Made by a program: the position numbers and the translations under genes. Below, piece after piece: positions 27,715 to 40,125 of a DNA stretch of 64,000 nucleotides; position 1 is the stretch's first letter, and every line of letters begins with the position of its first letter. The notes under the pieces were generated by a model. That model did no database searches. It was not told the origin of the DNA and worked only from the letters and a program-made list of their open reading frames with translations. Source of the DNA: Azolla caroliniana (taxonomy: Eukaryota > Plantae > Polypodiophyta); assembly GCA_043228905.1 (NCBI GenBank), contig JBHGNT010000012.1, positions 4,526,001 to 4,590,000 of the forward strand, read 5' to 3'.

Positions 27715-27948
27715 AACTCATTACGCCGTATCTAGTGGCTCCTAAGGCTAGAACTAGATACGTCGTATCGAGTTAAGACTCCCAACTCGATATGGCGTAT
27801 TGAGTTATGTCCCCCAACTCGGTACGCCGTATCGAGTTGTTGCCCTAGGTGTAACAACTCGTTACGTTGTATCGAAGTGGGGGATATAACTCGTTATGGC
27901 GTATCGCGTTAGGCCTCCTAGGGCTACAACTCGATACGTCGTATCAAG
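27715..27948. repeat. Array of seven 23-bp palindromes (consensus AACTCGATACGNCGTATCGAGTT) with 9-17 bp spacers
   Basis: Copies start at 27715, 27752, 27784, 27816, 27856, 27888 and 27928. Confidence 0.9.
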
Positions 27949-28503
27949 AGCTAGATGGTGAAGGCCCGGTGAGAACCGGGTGACGAGTGCCTGGCAAGAG
28001 CCGGATGATGCATGCCCGATGAGGAGTGCTCACCGGATGAAGGGACATATTCGTAAATATGTTTCTGAGAGTCCATTGGGGCTATATTTGTAAATAGCCT
28101 GAAAAGTCATATTAGTATAAATATGACTTAGGGCAAATTTAGTGTGTAACTGTTGTCATTCTTGTTGGTGCAAGATTTGAGTGCAACCGTGTACAAAGAG
28201 AGAGAGAGAGAGTGAGTGAGTGACAGACGAAGAGGACGTTGTCTCTATTGTAACCGCCACCTGTGGCGAAGACAGTGAACAAGAGGTCGTTGCCTCTGTG
28301 TTCATCCATTGTATATTGTAAGATAGTGATAGTTTGCAGTCTATGGAGTGTCGTGGTTTTTCCCGTGTTTGGGTTTTCCACGTAAACATCTTGTGTACTC
28401 TTCTCTTTACTATGTTGTGCGTACATTACCCGTTTTCTGTGTTTGATCCTAGACTCGGTTGTGGCTGAGCGTTGTTGTTTTTTGGGAGCGCATATTCCTT
28501 TCA
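27949..28503 (+). repeat. 5'-truncated LTR (3916/51257 family)
   Basis: Near-identical blocks to 51780-52258 and to the reverse complement of 20316-20800; ends TTTCA. Confidence 0.8.
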
Positions 28504-30829
28504 AGAAGCACGACCAATACAACTATTTTGTGATTGGAGGATCTCACTCGGCGGAGGCCAGACGACAAATAGTCCACGAGCATCCGTTCCTCTGCCCGCT
28601 TCTTCTCCTACCCAATGATGTAGGCTATCGTAGAACCTCCGCTATCAGAGAACCAAAACTTCCGATCTATAGTACATGTGTCCAAACTATCGCAGCCCCA
28701 CACCTTGATAGCCCTCTCTAAAAATCCCCTCGGTTTTGTTACCGGCCTGCAAAGTAGTCCAGAGTGTGAAACGGAGGAGTTATTTAATTATTAAGGAATG
28801 GTTGTAAGTAAGCTATTAGTGTGGACGGACGGACCAGAATCGGTATGCCGTTCCGGATCCGGACTGATCCCGAACAGGTGCGGATGGCACTGTTTTGTAC
28901 TACAAACCGGAAACCTATTTAAAGGCCCGGATACAATGTAATGAGCAGCGGATAATTAATGAAGCTTAGTGCTTTTTATCTCTCTGTGTTAATTGCCGTT
29001 CTGCATTCATTGTTATATCTTACGCGTGTGATTATTAAGGACGATCTTGCTAAGTAACCTAATTAAGTCGGATTAATCGTTGAGCCTAATCCTCTTGCCG
29101 TAACACCCCTTTGGTGAAGTGTCTTCCGTAGACACCCTGTGTTAGGCCATTGTCCGGCCCTAAGAGTTAACACAGTTTTTGGCGACCACGATTCCTGTTT
29201 TTGCAGCGAACGACGACACGAATGGATGACTAGATCAACGCACGACCTGGTTACAGATCGAACTCGACGCCTTGCCGAAAGGCAAAGGAGACGTGAGGCT
29301 TTCCAGCAAGCGGCGCAGGAAATTAGAGCGGATCGCTCGTTTTCCAACGTAATCCGGAGAGTAGCGGAGGAGTCCCTCTGGTTACAGCAAACATCGCACC
29401 CAGACGACGACAGCAGCCTAAGCAGCCTCCGGGAAACCGAATCCCTTCTCCAGGCGTTGGCAAGCGGAGAAGGCGAAGCAGAAGCCTTTTCCACGTATGA
29501 ATTGGATTCCGAAGGGGAATACAGCGTGCACACGAACTACCGTAGCAGCAACGAAACCCCGAGCGGACTGGAGGACGAAGGATCAGACACCTTACCGACA
29601 CCGGAACCGGAAGTCCTAAGGCTTGAACCTCCGAAACCAGAAGTAGAGGAAGAGCGACCTCCGACACCGGAAGTCGAGGAGGAGAGGCCTCCGTCACCAA
29701 AAGAAGAGGAAAGACCACCGACGCCGGACACAAATCAAGAAAGACCACCGATGCCAGAGAAAAACCAGGAACGACCACCAACACCACCAGCCCGCACACC
29801 GATACCGGATGACGACATGCCGTTCCAGTACTCCAAGTATAGAGATGATCCGGATGCGGAAGCTCATGTTCACGCCTTTGAATAGACATGGGAAGCAAAC
29901 CATGTGTCCCAACGATTGACCCCGGAGGAAGAGGAACGGTCTAAGATAGTAGAATTTGGCATCACATTGGAGGGACCGGCAGCAAGATGGCGCCGGACGC
30001 AGGACCCGTCTACCATCACCACCTTCGCAGATTTAAAAGCTAAATTCTTGCATTTTTTCCAAAAGGAGGTGGACCAGACAGAAATGGTGGGCTTGTTTTA
30101 TACCATCCGACAGGAGGCAGGGGAGAGCATTCCCCAGTTTGTCATCCGGTTTCAATGGATGCATAGTCAGCTTGCCCGCGCACCCCCGGAGGAGGAATTA
30201 CGGACTATATTCCTAAATGCGCTCCGGGAACCCCTACGCACGGTTTGCATGGTAATTGACTTCCGCACAAGTACCATCGACCAGGTCATTGACGGGGTGA
30301 GAGAGATGGAAAAGACAAGCTCCTGGCTCACACTGGGAGCACTCCAACGAGCGTTACCGTCCGATGAAGACGTCCGGTTTCGGCAAGCAATACAATGCAC
30401 AAACTGCTTGAATTCCGGACACTCGGCACTAGAATGCACTATGAGGACGCAATGTGTAATCTGTCAATCCAAGGGCCATACGACGGATAGCTGCGAGCAT
30501 AGTATGTAAAATTCGTGTTCGTCAGGCTTTTCATTCGTTTTCCTACGTTCGAAAACGAACACGAATGATATCAAAAAGTTCGTTTGTTTTTTTTTTCATT
30601 TTTTTTCATTTTTTTATAATTTTTTTCATTTTTTTTTTCGTTTTTTCCCTCTTTTTCCCTCTTCTTCTCTGCACATAGCGTTACGCTCTCCTCTCCTCTC
30701 CCACCTAGTCTCCACCGATCTACACAGTGCACATTGCAGTCTGCAAACAAACCCTAAACGACTCGCGACATTCAGGTATGATTATTATTTAGGTTATTAG
30801 GGTTTAACATTTTAAATTTCTAAAACGAA

Positions 30830-32100
30830 ATTTTATAAATTTCTCTGATGAAATTTCTGAAATTTCAGCCATGAAATTTCAGAGATTTCATGTCTGAAAT
30901 TTCCATGATGAAATTTCAGAAATTTCCATGAAGAAATTTCTGAAATTTCTGAAATTTCAGCCATGAAATTTCAGACATGAAATCTCTGAAATTTCATGGC
31001 TGAAATTTCAGAAATTTGAAATTTCAGCCATGAAATCTCTGAAATTTCATGGCTGAAATTTTCTGAGATGATCAGATGATCAGACATGAAATTTCATGGC
31101 TGAAATTTCAGCCATGAAATTTCAGACATTTCATGTCTAGACATTTCATGTCTGAAATTTCATGGCTGAAATTTCAGCCATGAAATTTTAGACATGAAAT
31201 GTCTAAAATTTCAGACATTTCAATGTCTACAATTTCATGGCTGAAATGTCTACAATTTCATGGCTGAAATTTCAGCCATGAAATTGTAGACATTGAAATG
31301 TCTGAAATTTCAGCCATTTCAATGTCTAAAATTTCATGACCCATTTTAGACATTGAAATGGCTGAAATTTCAGACATTTCAATGTCTACAATTTCATGGC
31401 TGACATTTCAGAAATTTCAGAAATTTCATCATAGAAATTTCTGAAATTTCGTTTTGGAAATTTCATGGTTGAAATTTCTGAGATGATCAGACATGAAATT
31501 TCAGAGATGAAATGTCTGAAATTTTAGACATGAAATCTCTAAAATTTCAGACATGAAATCTCTGAAATTTCAGAGATGAAATGTTTGAAATCTCAGAGAT
31601 GAAATCTCTGAAATTTCAGATATTTTAGATATGAAATTTTGAGAGATGAAATTTCTGAAATTTTAGAGATGAAATGATGAAATTTTAATATTTACCTTTT
31701 ACAGTAATTGAGGAACTCATGGGTAGACAAAAAGGCATGGAATGGGGTCATGAAATTTTAGACATTGAAATGGCTGAAATTTCAGACATTTCAATGTCTA
31801 CAATTTCATGGCTGACATTTCAAAAATTTCAGAAATTTCGTTTTGGAAATTTCATTTTGGAAATTACATTTTGGAAATTTCATGGTTGAAATTTCTGAGA
31901 TGATCAGACATGAAATTTCAGAGATGAAATGTCTGAAATTTTAGACATGAAATCTCTAAAATTTCAGACATGAAATCTCTGAAATTTCAGAGATGAAATG
32001 TTTGAAATCTCAGAGATGAAATCTCTGAAATTTCAGATATTTTAGATATGAAATTTTGAGAGATGAAATTTCTGAAATTTTAGAGATGAAATGATGAAAT
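30830..32100. repeat. GAAATTTC-based palindromic minisatellite inside the hAT 5' intron
   Basis: Dozens of (CT)GAAATTTC(AG) and CATG units between donor CAG|GTATG (30776) and acceptors TTTTACAG (31704, 32121). Confidence 0.85.
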
Positions 32101-32135
32101 TTTAATATTTACCTTTTACAGTAATTGAGGAACTC

Positions 32136-34225
32136 ATGGGTAGACAAAAAGGCATGGAATGGGAGCATGTTATAATTCAAGTAAAGAACGCGAAAGGAAC
32201 GCATTTGATGAAATGCAAGTATTGCAATCATGTCTTTGTTGGTGGCCCTCATCGAATTAGGGCCCATATATTGGGAATAAGAGGACAAGGTATAGAAAAA
32301 TGCACAAAAGCAAGTGATATTGTGAGGAGTCAGTTAAGAAATGCAATGGGTCATGGAAATGATCACTTGAATTCAGATGTGCAAACAGATGTAAATGGTA
32401 ATACAAGTGTTAATGTTGATGCAGATATGTCTACAGATGCCTCTATTTCTAGTTCCATTTCAATAAATAAAATGGCTACTAAAAAGCAAAAAATAGAGGC
32501 GAGTGGTTCACTCCCAATGTCTTTTGAATTGGCATTGAGGAAACAGGCTGAAGAGGCTGTTGCAAGATTTTTTTATGCAGAAGATATTGCACATCGGAAA
32601 GTGGAAAGCTCATTTTTCCATGATATGCTTATGGCTGTTTCAAAAGTGGGTCCTTCGTTTAAAGCACCTTCTGCTTATCAATTGCGTAAGAAATATCTTA
32701 ATGGAGAAGTTGTAAATGTTGAGCGTGATCTTATAATGTTGAAAGACAGTTGGAAGACATATGGATGCACTATTGTTAGTGATGGTTGGTCAGACACTAG
32801 AAATAGACCAATTATTAATGTTTTAGCTTCTTCACTACATGGCACAATGTTTTTGAAATCGATAGATACAAGTGGTCATGTCAAGACGGGCGAATACATA
32901 TTTAAAATTGTGAAGGATGCTATTCTTGAAGTTGGACCATCTAATGTTGTTCAAGTTTGTATGGATAATGCTGCAAATTGTGTGGTTGCGGGACATATGA
33001 TAGAAAAGGAGTGGCCATCTATTATTTACACTAGATGCACTTGCCATTGCGTTGATTTGTTGTTGGAGGATATAGCAAAATGTGCTTGGATTGATGCCAT
33101 TTTGCGATCAGCTATGAAGATTACAGGTTTATAACTAGAAAACAATATGCTTTGGCCATGTTTCGCAAGTTTAGTGGAAAAGACTTGCTTAAGCCTTCTA
33201 TGACTAGGTTTTCTTATAGTTTTATTGTGTTATCAAATTTGTTGGATGATAAAGTATATGGTGGTTTGAGAAGAATGGTGGTTAGTGAACAATGGTGCAA
33301 TTGGAATGGTGCCAAAACAAAGAAAGCGGAAGAGATGGTTTCAATTGTATTGGATGCTAACTTTTGGGCAGATGTAAAGATGATTGTGAATGTATGCAAA
33401 CCAGTTTTAAAACTTCTTCGTTTGGCTGATAGGGAAGGTGCTACAATGGGATTGATTTATCAATTTAAACAACAAATGTTGATTGATATAAACAATATGA
33501 CAGAAATTGATCCTATGAAGCTTGATGAAATAAAAGAATGTTGCATACATAGACTAACAATGTTGGAATCGCCATTGCATGCAGCGGGATACGTCTTACA
33601 TCCATTATGGACAGCAAATGGTCAAGAAATAGATCATGATTTACAAATGGGGTGGATGAAAACAGTCATGCTTTATGCTAATGGTAATATAGTTTTACAA
33701 AATGCTTTGATAGATGAGTTTTATGCATATAGAAAACAAGCATCAGATTTGTTTCAAGTTCCATTTGCAAAGGATGCTAATCGATTAAGCACACCAATCA
33801 AATGGTGGGAAACTTTTGGGGCAAGCACTCCCAATTTGAAGAAACTTGCAATTAGAATATTATCTCAAGGTACAAGTGCATCGTCTTGTGAAAGGAATTG
33901 GAGTACATTTTCATTAATACATACTAAAAGGAGAAATAGATTGAGTTCAAATCATGTGCAAAAATTGGTTTTTTTGCACACAAATCTTCGTATTCTTAAG
34001 AAGATTAAAGAAAGAGGTTTCAATCCTATTGAGATTACTATTGAAATGATTGAGAAAGAAAATGATGAAGAACGGTTATTAGTGTTGCAAAGTGAACAAG
34101 AAGCACAACAAGTTGATGAAAATGAGAGCCTCACCAATGTGATGGCTTATATTGATGATAATGCACAAGATGAGGATGAGGATGATGATTTTGATGATGA
34201 TGATATCACCTTGAATGAAGATTAG
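32136..34225 (+). CDS. hAT transposase (BED zinc finger, DUF659, hATC dimerisation), about 696 aa, with a single 1-nt frameshift at ~33130
   Basis: CKYC..HRIRAH, SDGWSD, MDNAAN, CHCVDL, WWETFG..LAIRILSQGTSASSCERNWS. Adding one T to GGTTT gives KITGFITRKQYALAMFR. Confidence 0.9.
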
Positions 34226-37200
34226 GAATCTTCGTTTTGATTAACACCTCATTGAGAATTTTTTTGAAGAGTAGGATTTTGAGAATTTTTTTGAAGAGTA
34301 GGATTTTGGATAGTTGTTATTAGAATTTACGAAAAAATGCATATTATTATTAAGAAGGTAATGTGTTTTTTTTTTGCAATTTTAAAATTTTTTTTTACCT
34401 TGAAAAAATATTTATCTTATAGTAAATAGTTTAACCAAAAGTATGGTATTTATCATTCTTCGAGGGTGTTTACCCTTCTCGAATGATTGAATCATTCTCG
34501 AACACGAATGCACGAATGGTACGCATGGTTCATACTATGGCTGCGAGTATAATCTATTGAACCAGCAAGCACCGCCCGTCCGACAAATAGAGCCATGCAA
34601 CAGCCGGGATGAAGAAGAGGAACGCTGGCGACGAATGGACTGATACCGACCGGCATAGGATGTCCGGTATGGCGATCGACAGGAAAATGATGTCCGGTAC
34701 GATGATCGGCGGGATAATTAGGACCGGGACGATTGATATGATCGGTACCGAGATTACAATAGACGATACGAACAGTACGACCGGGAGCACTCCCCCGGGT
34801 ATCGTCAACAACGGGAGGAATACGGTAGATATAACGACCAACCTCGTCAAGAGTACCGCAATAAGAAGAACTATAACAAAAAACGGCATTTCAAAAAAGG
34901 AGGCCACCCACGGGATCCGGAACAAGGAGCTTCAAGCAGCCAACCGGCCCAAAACCCCGCGCTTACCACAGGACCTGCCCCGGGTACAACAAACAATGCC
35001 GAATCCAGCAATACCCGGAAAGCCTACTGCTACTACTGCCGACAGGAAGGCCATTATAGTAATCAATGCCCGACGAAGAGCTATGACAAATGACCGGCAG
35101 TAAATATGGTAGTCCCTGAAGTGGCAGATCTGCAGCAGGTGACCACAAGGTCGAAGGGCATGGCCAAGGAATGGGAGATGCAGGAGACCATCCGGAAGCA
35201 AGCGACGGAATGGGTGAAGAAAGCAAACGAGCAAAACATAACAGACTTAGAGTGGCAAAAGGAGAACACCGTAGGGCTTGCCGGCGGCAGTCACTCCGAG
35301 AACGAGACATGGCAGGCGTTGCAAGAATGCCAGATTACGTTGCCACTAGGAAGACTCCTACAGCTCGTGTTGAGATTCACGGAAGGACTGAAGACAGCCA
35401 TGACGGAAGGAGAATCATCACCGGCACCGGTACTCTTCTCGAATCCAGAGGAGGGACCAACGGTGGTGGACACCAACAATCCGGAAATTACTACCATTGT
35501 AAAAGGGAAAGAACTCCCCGACACACTAATAGACGGAGGCTCTGGTGTGAATGTAATAAGCCTCCGGACGTGTGATGCCCTGGGAATCCACGAGTGGGAG
35601 CCGTGTCCGTTCTGGTTACGGATGGCCGAGACAAGCTCAGTGCGGCCGACAGGATTAATACGAAAATTAGAAGTCACCGTTGGCGGTCATACATTTCACA
35701 TCTCGGCAAGAGTGCTACAATTACAGGCACAAGTCGCGTACCCGCTATTGCTGGGGCGGCCGTGGTTGAAAACGACACATGTCAAACAGAATTGGAGGAG
35801 AAATATAATTACCTTCCGGCGAGGAAAAGCCAAGGTACGTGTACCAACACAGCCAAGGAAGAGCACTGGCAAGGAATGTACACCGTTGTATGCAGAGTGC
35901 GTCAAAATGCTAGAAGGGTTAGCTGATGAAGAAGAAGCTCAGTACTTGCAGGAAAACCCGAAGATCGTACCCCTGTTCGAAATTGACATTGCCGAAGCAG
36001 TAGCACCATACTTACCACAGCCGGAAGAGACTGAAGCAGAACCGGATAAGGACGCAATCCGAGAGTTACGGCAAGCACAAGAAATGGCCGTTTCACAACG
36101 CGTAAAAGCGTCGGAACTTGAAGAGGTGAACCTAGGGACCACGGACGAAGCAAAACCGGTGCACATCGCCAAGGAGATGAGGTCCGACGACAAAACGACC
36201 ATGATCACACTTCTCACGGAATTTCGCGATGTGTTTGCCTAGTCATACGAAGACATGCAAGGGCTTGACCCTCAGTTATACCAGCATCAGATTCACTTGA
36301 GCAAGGACGCAAAACCAGTGGCACAAAGACGGTACCGGATGAATCCCAATTATGCCACCAAAGTCAAGGAGGAAATCAACAAACTGCTAAGAGTTGACTT
36401 TTTCCGTCCGGTAAAGAAAGCGACATGGCTGAGCCCGATCGCAGTCGTACCGAAGAAGAACGGAAAAATTCGAGTTTGTGTGGACTACCGGAAACTCAAT
36501 GCGGCTACGGTAACAGATGCATTTCCACTTCCGTTCACAGATGGAGTGTTGGATGCCGTCGCCGGCCATGAGGTCTATAGCTTTCTAGACGGATTCAACG
36601 GGTATAATCAGATCCGGATGCACCCCGACAACCAAGAGAAAACGACTTTCATCACCGAATGGGGGGTGTTTGTGGCCGTGGTGATGATGTTCGGACTCAA
36701 AACGGCACCGGCAACATTCCAACAAATCATCATGGAAATCTTTGGTGAATATATACCGGCTTTTATGCAGGTTTTCCTTGATGATTTCGCCATCTATAGC
36801 CAGGAAGAGGATCATTTGCAGCACCTTCGCCTTTGTCTAGAAAAGTGTAGAGCGTATCGGCTAAGCTTGAATCCGGCGAAGTGTGTATTTGGCGTGTCTA
36901 GTGGAACCGTACTAGGACATATTGCGAGCTAGGAAGGCATTGCAGTCAACCCGGACAAAGTGAAAGCCATATTAGAAGCACCGGCACCGGCAACGGCAAA
37001 GGCATTGAGTCGGTTCTTAGGCAAGATCCGGTGGCACAACCGGATGCTCCGATACTTGGCCGACCTGGCTACACCGTTGCATGCCGCGGTACATTGAACA
37101 CCATTCCAGTGGACAGACACCGAGGATAGGGCGTATAGGGCCCTCAAGGTACTATTGTCGCAAGCACCGATAGTGCAGCCTCCGGATTGGAGTAAAGAAT

Positions 37201-39176
37201 TTCATGTGTTCGTGGACGCCTCCGACATCGCAATCGAAAGCATACTGATGCAACTTACGGAGCCAAAGTGGTACTGGCCAGTGTACTCTGCCAGCCGAAA
37301 GCTATCCCAAGTGGAATGGAACTACTCTACCACGGAACGGGAAGCTCTAGGGATGATCTACAGTGTGACAAAGTTTCGGCATTATTTATTGGGAAGGAAG
37401 TTTTCCTTCCATGTAGATCATTCGACACTCCTCTACTTGGTGTCCAAGGCGTCACTCACCGGTAAGTTGGCCCGGTGGACCTTACTGTTACAGGAATTCG
37501 AGTTCGAAATATTCCACCGACCCAGTATACAGCATGCCGTAGTGGATTATTTAAGCCGATTAGAGTCCGGAGAGACAGGCGACGGAGTAGCAGACGAGTT
37601 TCCGGATGCGGAGCTGTTTCGAGTCACTACGGAAACGGCAGCAGATGAGACGGTGGCACAGGAAGACAAGTGGCTCACAAATATGCACCAGTTTCTGAGC
37701 ACAGGACTGCCTCCGGAGGAGATGAACCGGGACGAAAGGAAACACCTGGCGGCGCAAAGCCGACATTTCTGCTTACTGCGAGACACACTTTGTCACAAGG
37801 GCGCAGACGACATTTGGAGACGGGCTGTGCGCAGTGATGAAAAGGACCTCATATTAAGGGAAGCCCACTGCGGAGTTGTCGGAGGTCACTATGCCGGAGA
37901 CGCGACAACCAAGAAAATATGGCAAAGTGGCCTATGGTGGCCAACTACATTAAGATATGTTGTACGGTACGCAAAAGAATGTGACCTATGCCAGCGAATG
38001 GGCCAGCCAACGGAGCAAGCTCGGATGCCACACCAACCTGTACTACCACTCGAACCATTCCAGAAGTGGGGGTTGGACTTTGTTGGACCGTTCAAACCAC
38101 CGGCAATGAGAACAGGTAATCGGTATGTCATCGTTGCGACGGATTACTGCACGAAATGGGTGGAGGCCAAAGCCTTAAGAGACAACACCACTGCGTCAAC
38201 AGCCAAATTTCTATACGAATACATCTGGTGCCGTTATGGATGCCCAATCGAATTAATAAGCGACCAAGGGGGGCACTTTCTCGGCCAAGTAGTTGAAAGC
38301 CTGATGGCATTCTATGCCGTTGTCCATAAACGGAGCACACCGTACTGTCCGCAAGCAAACGGGTTAGCTAAGTCGACGAACAAAACGCTCCAGAATATCC
38401 TCCGGAAGATCGTCAACGAAAACCAAACGGATTGGGATACCAAGCTACATAGCGCGCTTTGGGCATACCGGACAACATACAAAACGAGCATCCGAACAAC
38501 ACCATTCCGGTTAGCGTTCGGACTAGAGGCGGTCATACCGGTGGAATTCCAAGTACCAAGCTTACGGATCCAGCTACGGGAATGGCTAAACGATAAGGAG
38601 TCGGAGGCAATACGGTTAACATCGCTGTGTGAACTCAAGGAACAACGACTGGCAAGCATCCTGCACTTAGAATTGGAACAACGGCGACGGATAGCATTTG
38701 TCGACCGGCACAAGAAAGGAAATGAAAAAATGTTCGAAATCGGCAAGCCGGTGTTAGTATTTCAGACCCGGATGGGCAAGATGCCGGGTAAACTACGGTT
38801 TAGATGGACCGGCCCGTATTGGCTGATACGTGAGTATAATGGGTCCTACCAGTTAGGGACACTTGCTGGTGAAGTGCTAGGAAAATGGGTCAACGGATTC
38901 AGATTGAAGCCATATAGAGGACCGATGCCCAAGAACCCATTTGAGCAAAGGACCGACACCGGATCGGGAACCGGTGCGGAAACGGCAACCTGTGAGGGAA
39001 ACGGCAACAACCAAGACGGAGCAGACGGCAAGCCGGTAACTGGAGAAAATGAGGCGACGACAAACAGTAATGAGGCCGGTAAGGGTCCGATAGGACCAAC
39101 GGACAAGTAACCTCACACTACATTTTTTAATAATAATAAAAATAAAAATAAAAAAAGCGAAGTAATCATGCAAAAG

Positions 39177-39805
39177 TGTAGAGAACTCGACGTTCCTTAT
39201 GTTCGACGCTCGGCCACCACCGAGCTTCTTTTCATACACAGAAAAACAGGTAATGAAAAACGCGACACAAAGCAAGAGAGGAGAAATGGTACACAGGAGG
39301 TATACGTGGAAAACCCCAAAATAGGGGAAAAAACCACGGCAGCCCACAAGCTGCAAACTGTCACTATGCAGAAATATACAACAGTGAGATCACAGAGGCA
39401 ACGACCTCGTGCTCACAGATCTTCGCCACAGGCGGCGGTTACAACAGAGGCAACGACCTCGTCTCTCTCTCTCTCTCACTCTCTATACAGTTACGCGCTC
39501 TGATTTCTTCTTGCACCAACAAGAAAGAATGACAACTCTCACTACTTCTAAAAGTTTGCCCTAAGTCATACTTATACTAGTATGACTTTTCGGCTATTTA
39601 CAAATGTAGCCTTGATGGGCTCCATCCGGCTCTCCGCAGTCGGGCCTACACCATCCGACTCTCCGCAGTCGGGCCTACACCATCCGACTCTCCGCAGTCG
39701 GGCCTACACCATCCGACTCTCCGCAGTCGGGTTCTCCCCATCCGGTTCATACCGTTTCGGCACTGTTCTTCTCCCTTCCCATCCGGAGGGACCTGTCTAC
39801 CAACA
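39177..39805 (-). repeat. Solo LTR (3916 family) with four 29-bp tandem units
   Basis: Perfect TSD AAAAG at 39172-39176 and 39806-39810; TG...CA termini. Confidence 0.88.
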
Positions 39806-40125
39806 AAAAGCGAGGTATGAACAGACGAGAGAGCAAGGAGCGAAAAGGTACGTAGTGGGCATTTAAGCGCCGCCACAGGACATAATGCTATTTTAGGACA
39901 CGGCGTGCACACGCTCGAAAAAGGCGCCAGAATGCACAGAGAAAAACCACAGCGCATGGAGACCTACTTTCGCGAACCCAGGAGCACAGAAGCACCAAGG
40001 TGTTGGAAGATCACCAGACGAGAACCTAGGCACAGAGAACCCCCGCTCTCTGAACTCTCTCTCTCTCTCATTCTCACTCTCATCACCATCCAACCTCGCC
40101 ACCACAATCCGACCTCGACACAGAC

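Larger units (their letters stand above)
30498..34539 (+). mobile_element. hAT DNA transposon, full length (4042 bp)
   Basis: TIRs CATAGTATG / CATACTATG, perfect 8-bp TSD GCTGCGAG at 30490-30497 and 34540-34547, subterminal TTCG/CGAA motifs. Confidence 0.95.
29139..39110 (+). pseudogene. Gypsy gag-pol single reading frame, interrupted by the hAT insertion and several in-frame stops
   Basis: ORFs 29139, 29904, (34548), 35106, 36255 and 37155 are all in the same frame. Breaks are TAG/TGA codons at Gln/Trp/Arg-type positions. Confidence 0.88.

Noticed and set aside
27715-27948. CRISPR array
   Set aside because: Spacers are only 9-17 bp and related to each other, the repeats are degenerate full palindromes, there are no cas genes, and the context is eukaryotic.
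34609-35103. 164-aa Thr/Ile-rich ORF
   Set aside because: Alternative frame of the gypsy gag Arg/Asp/Tyr-rich region and zinc knuckle.
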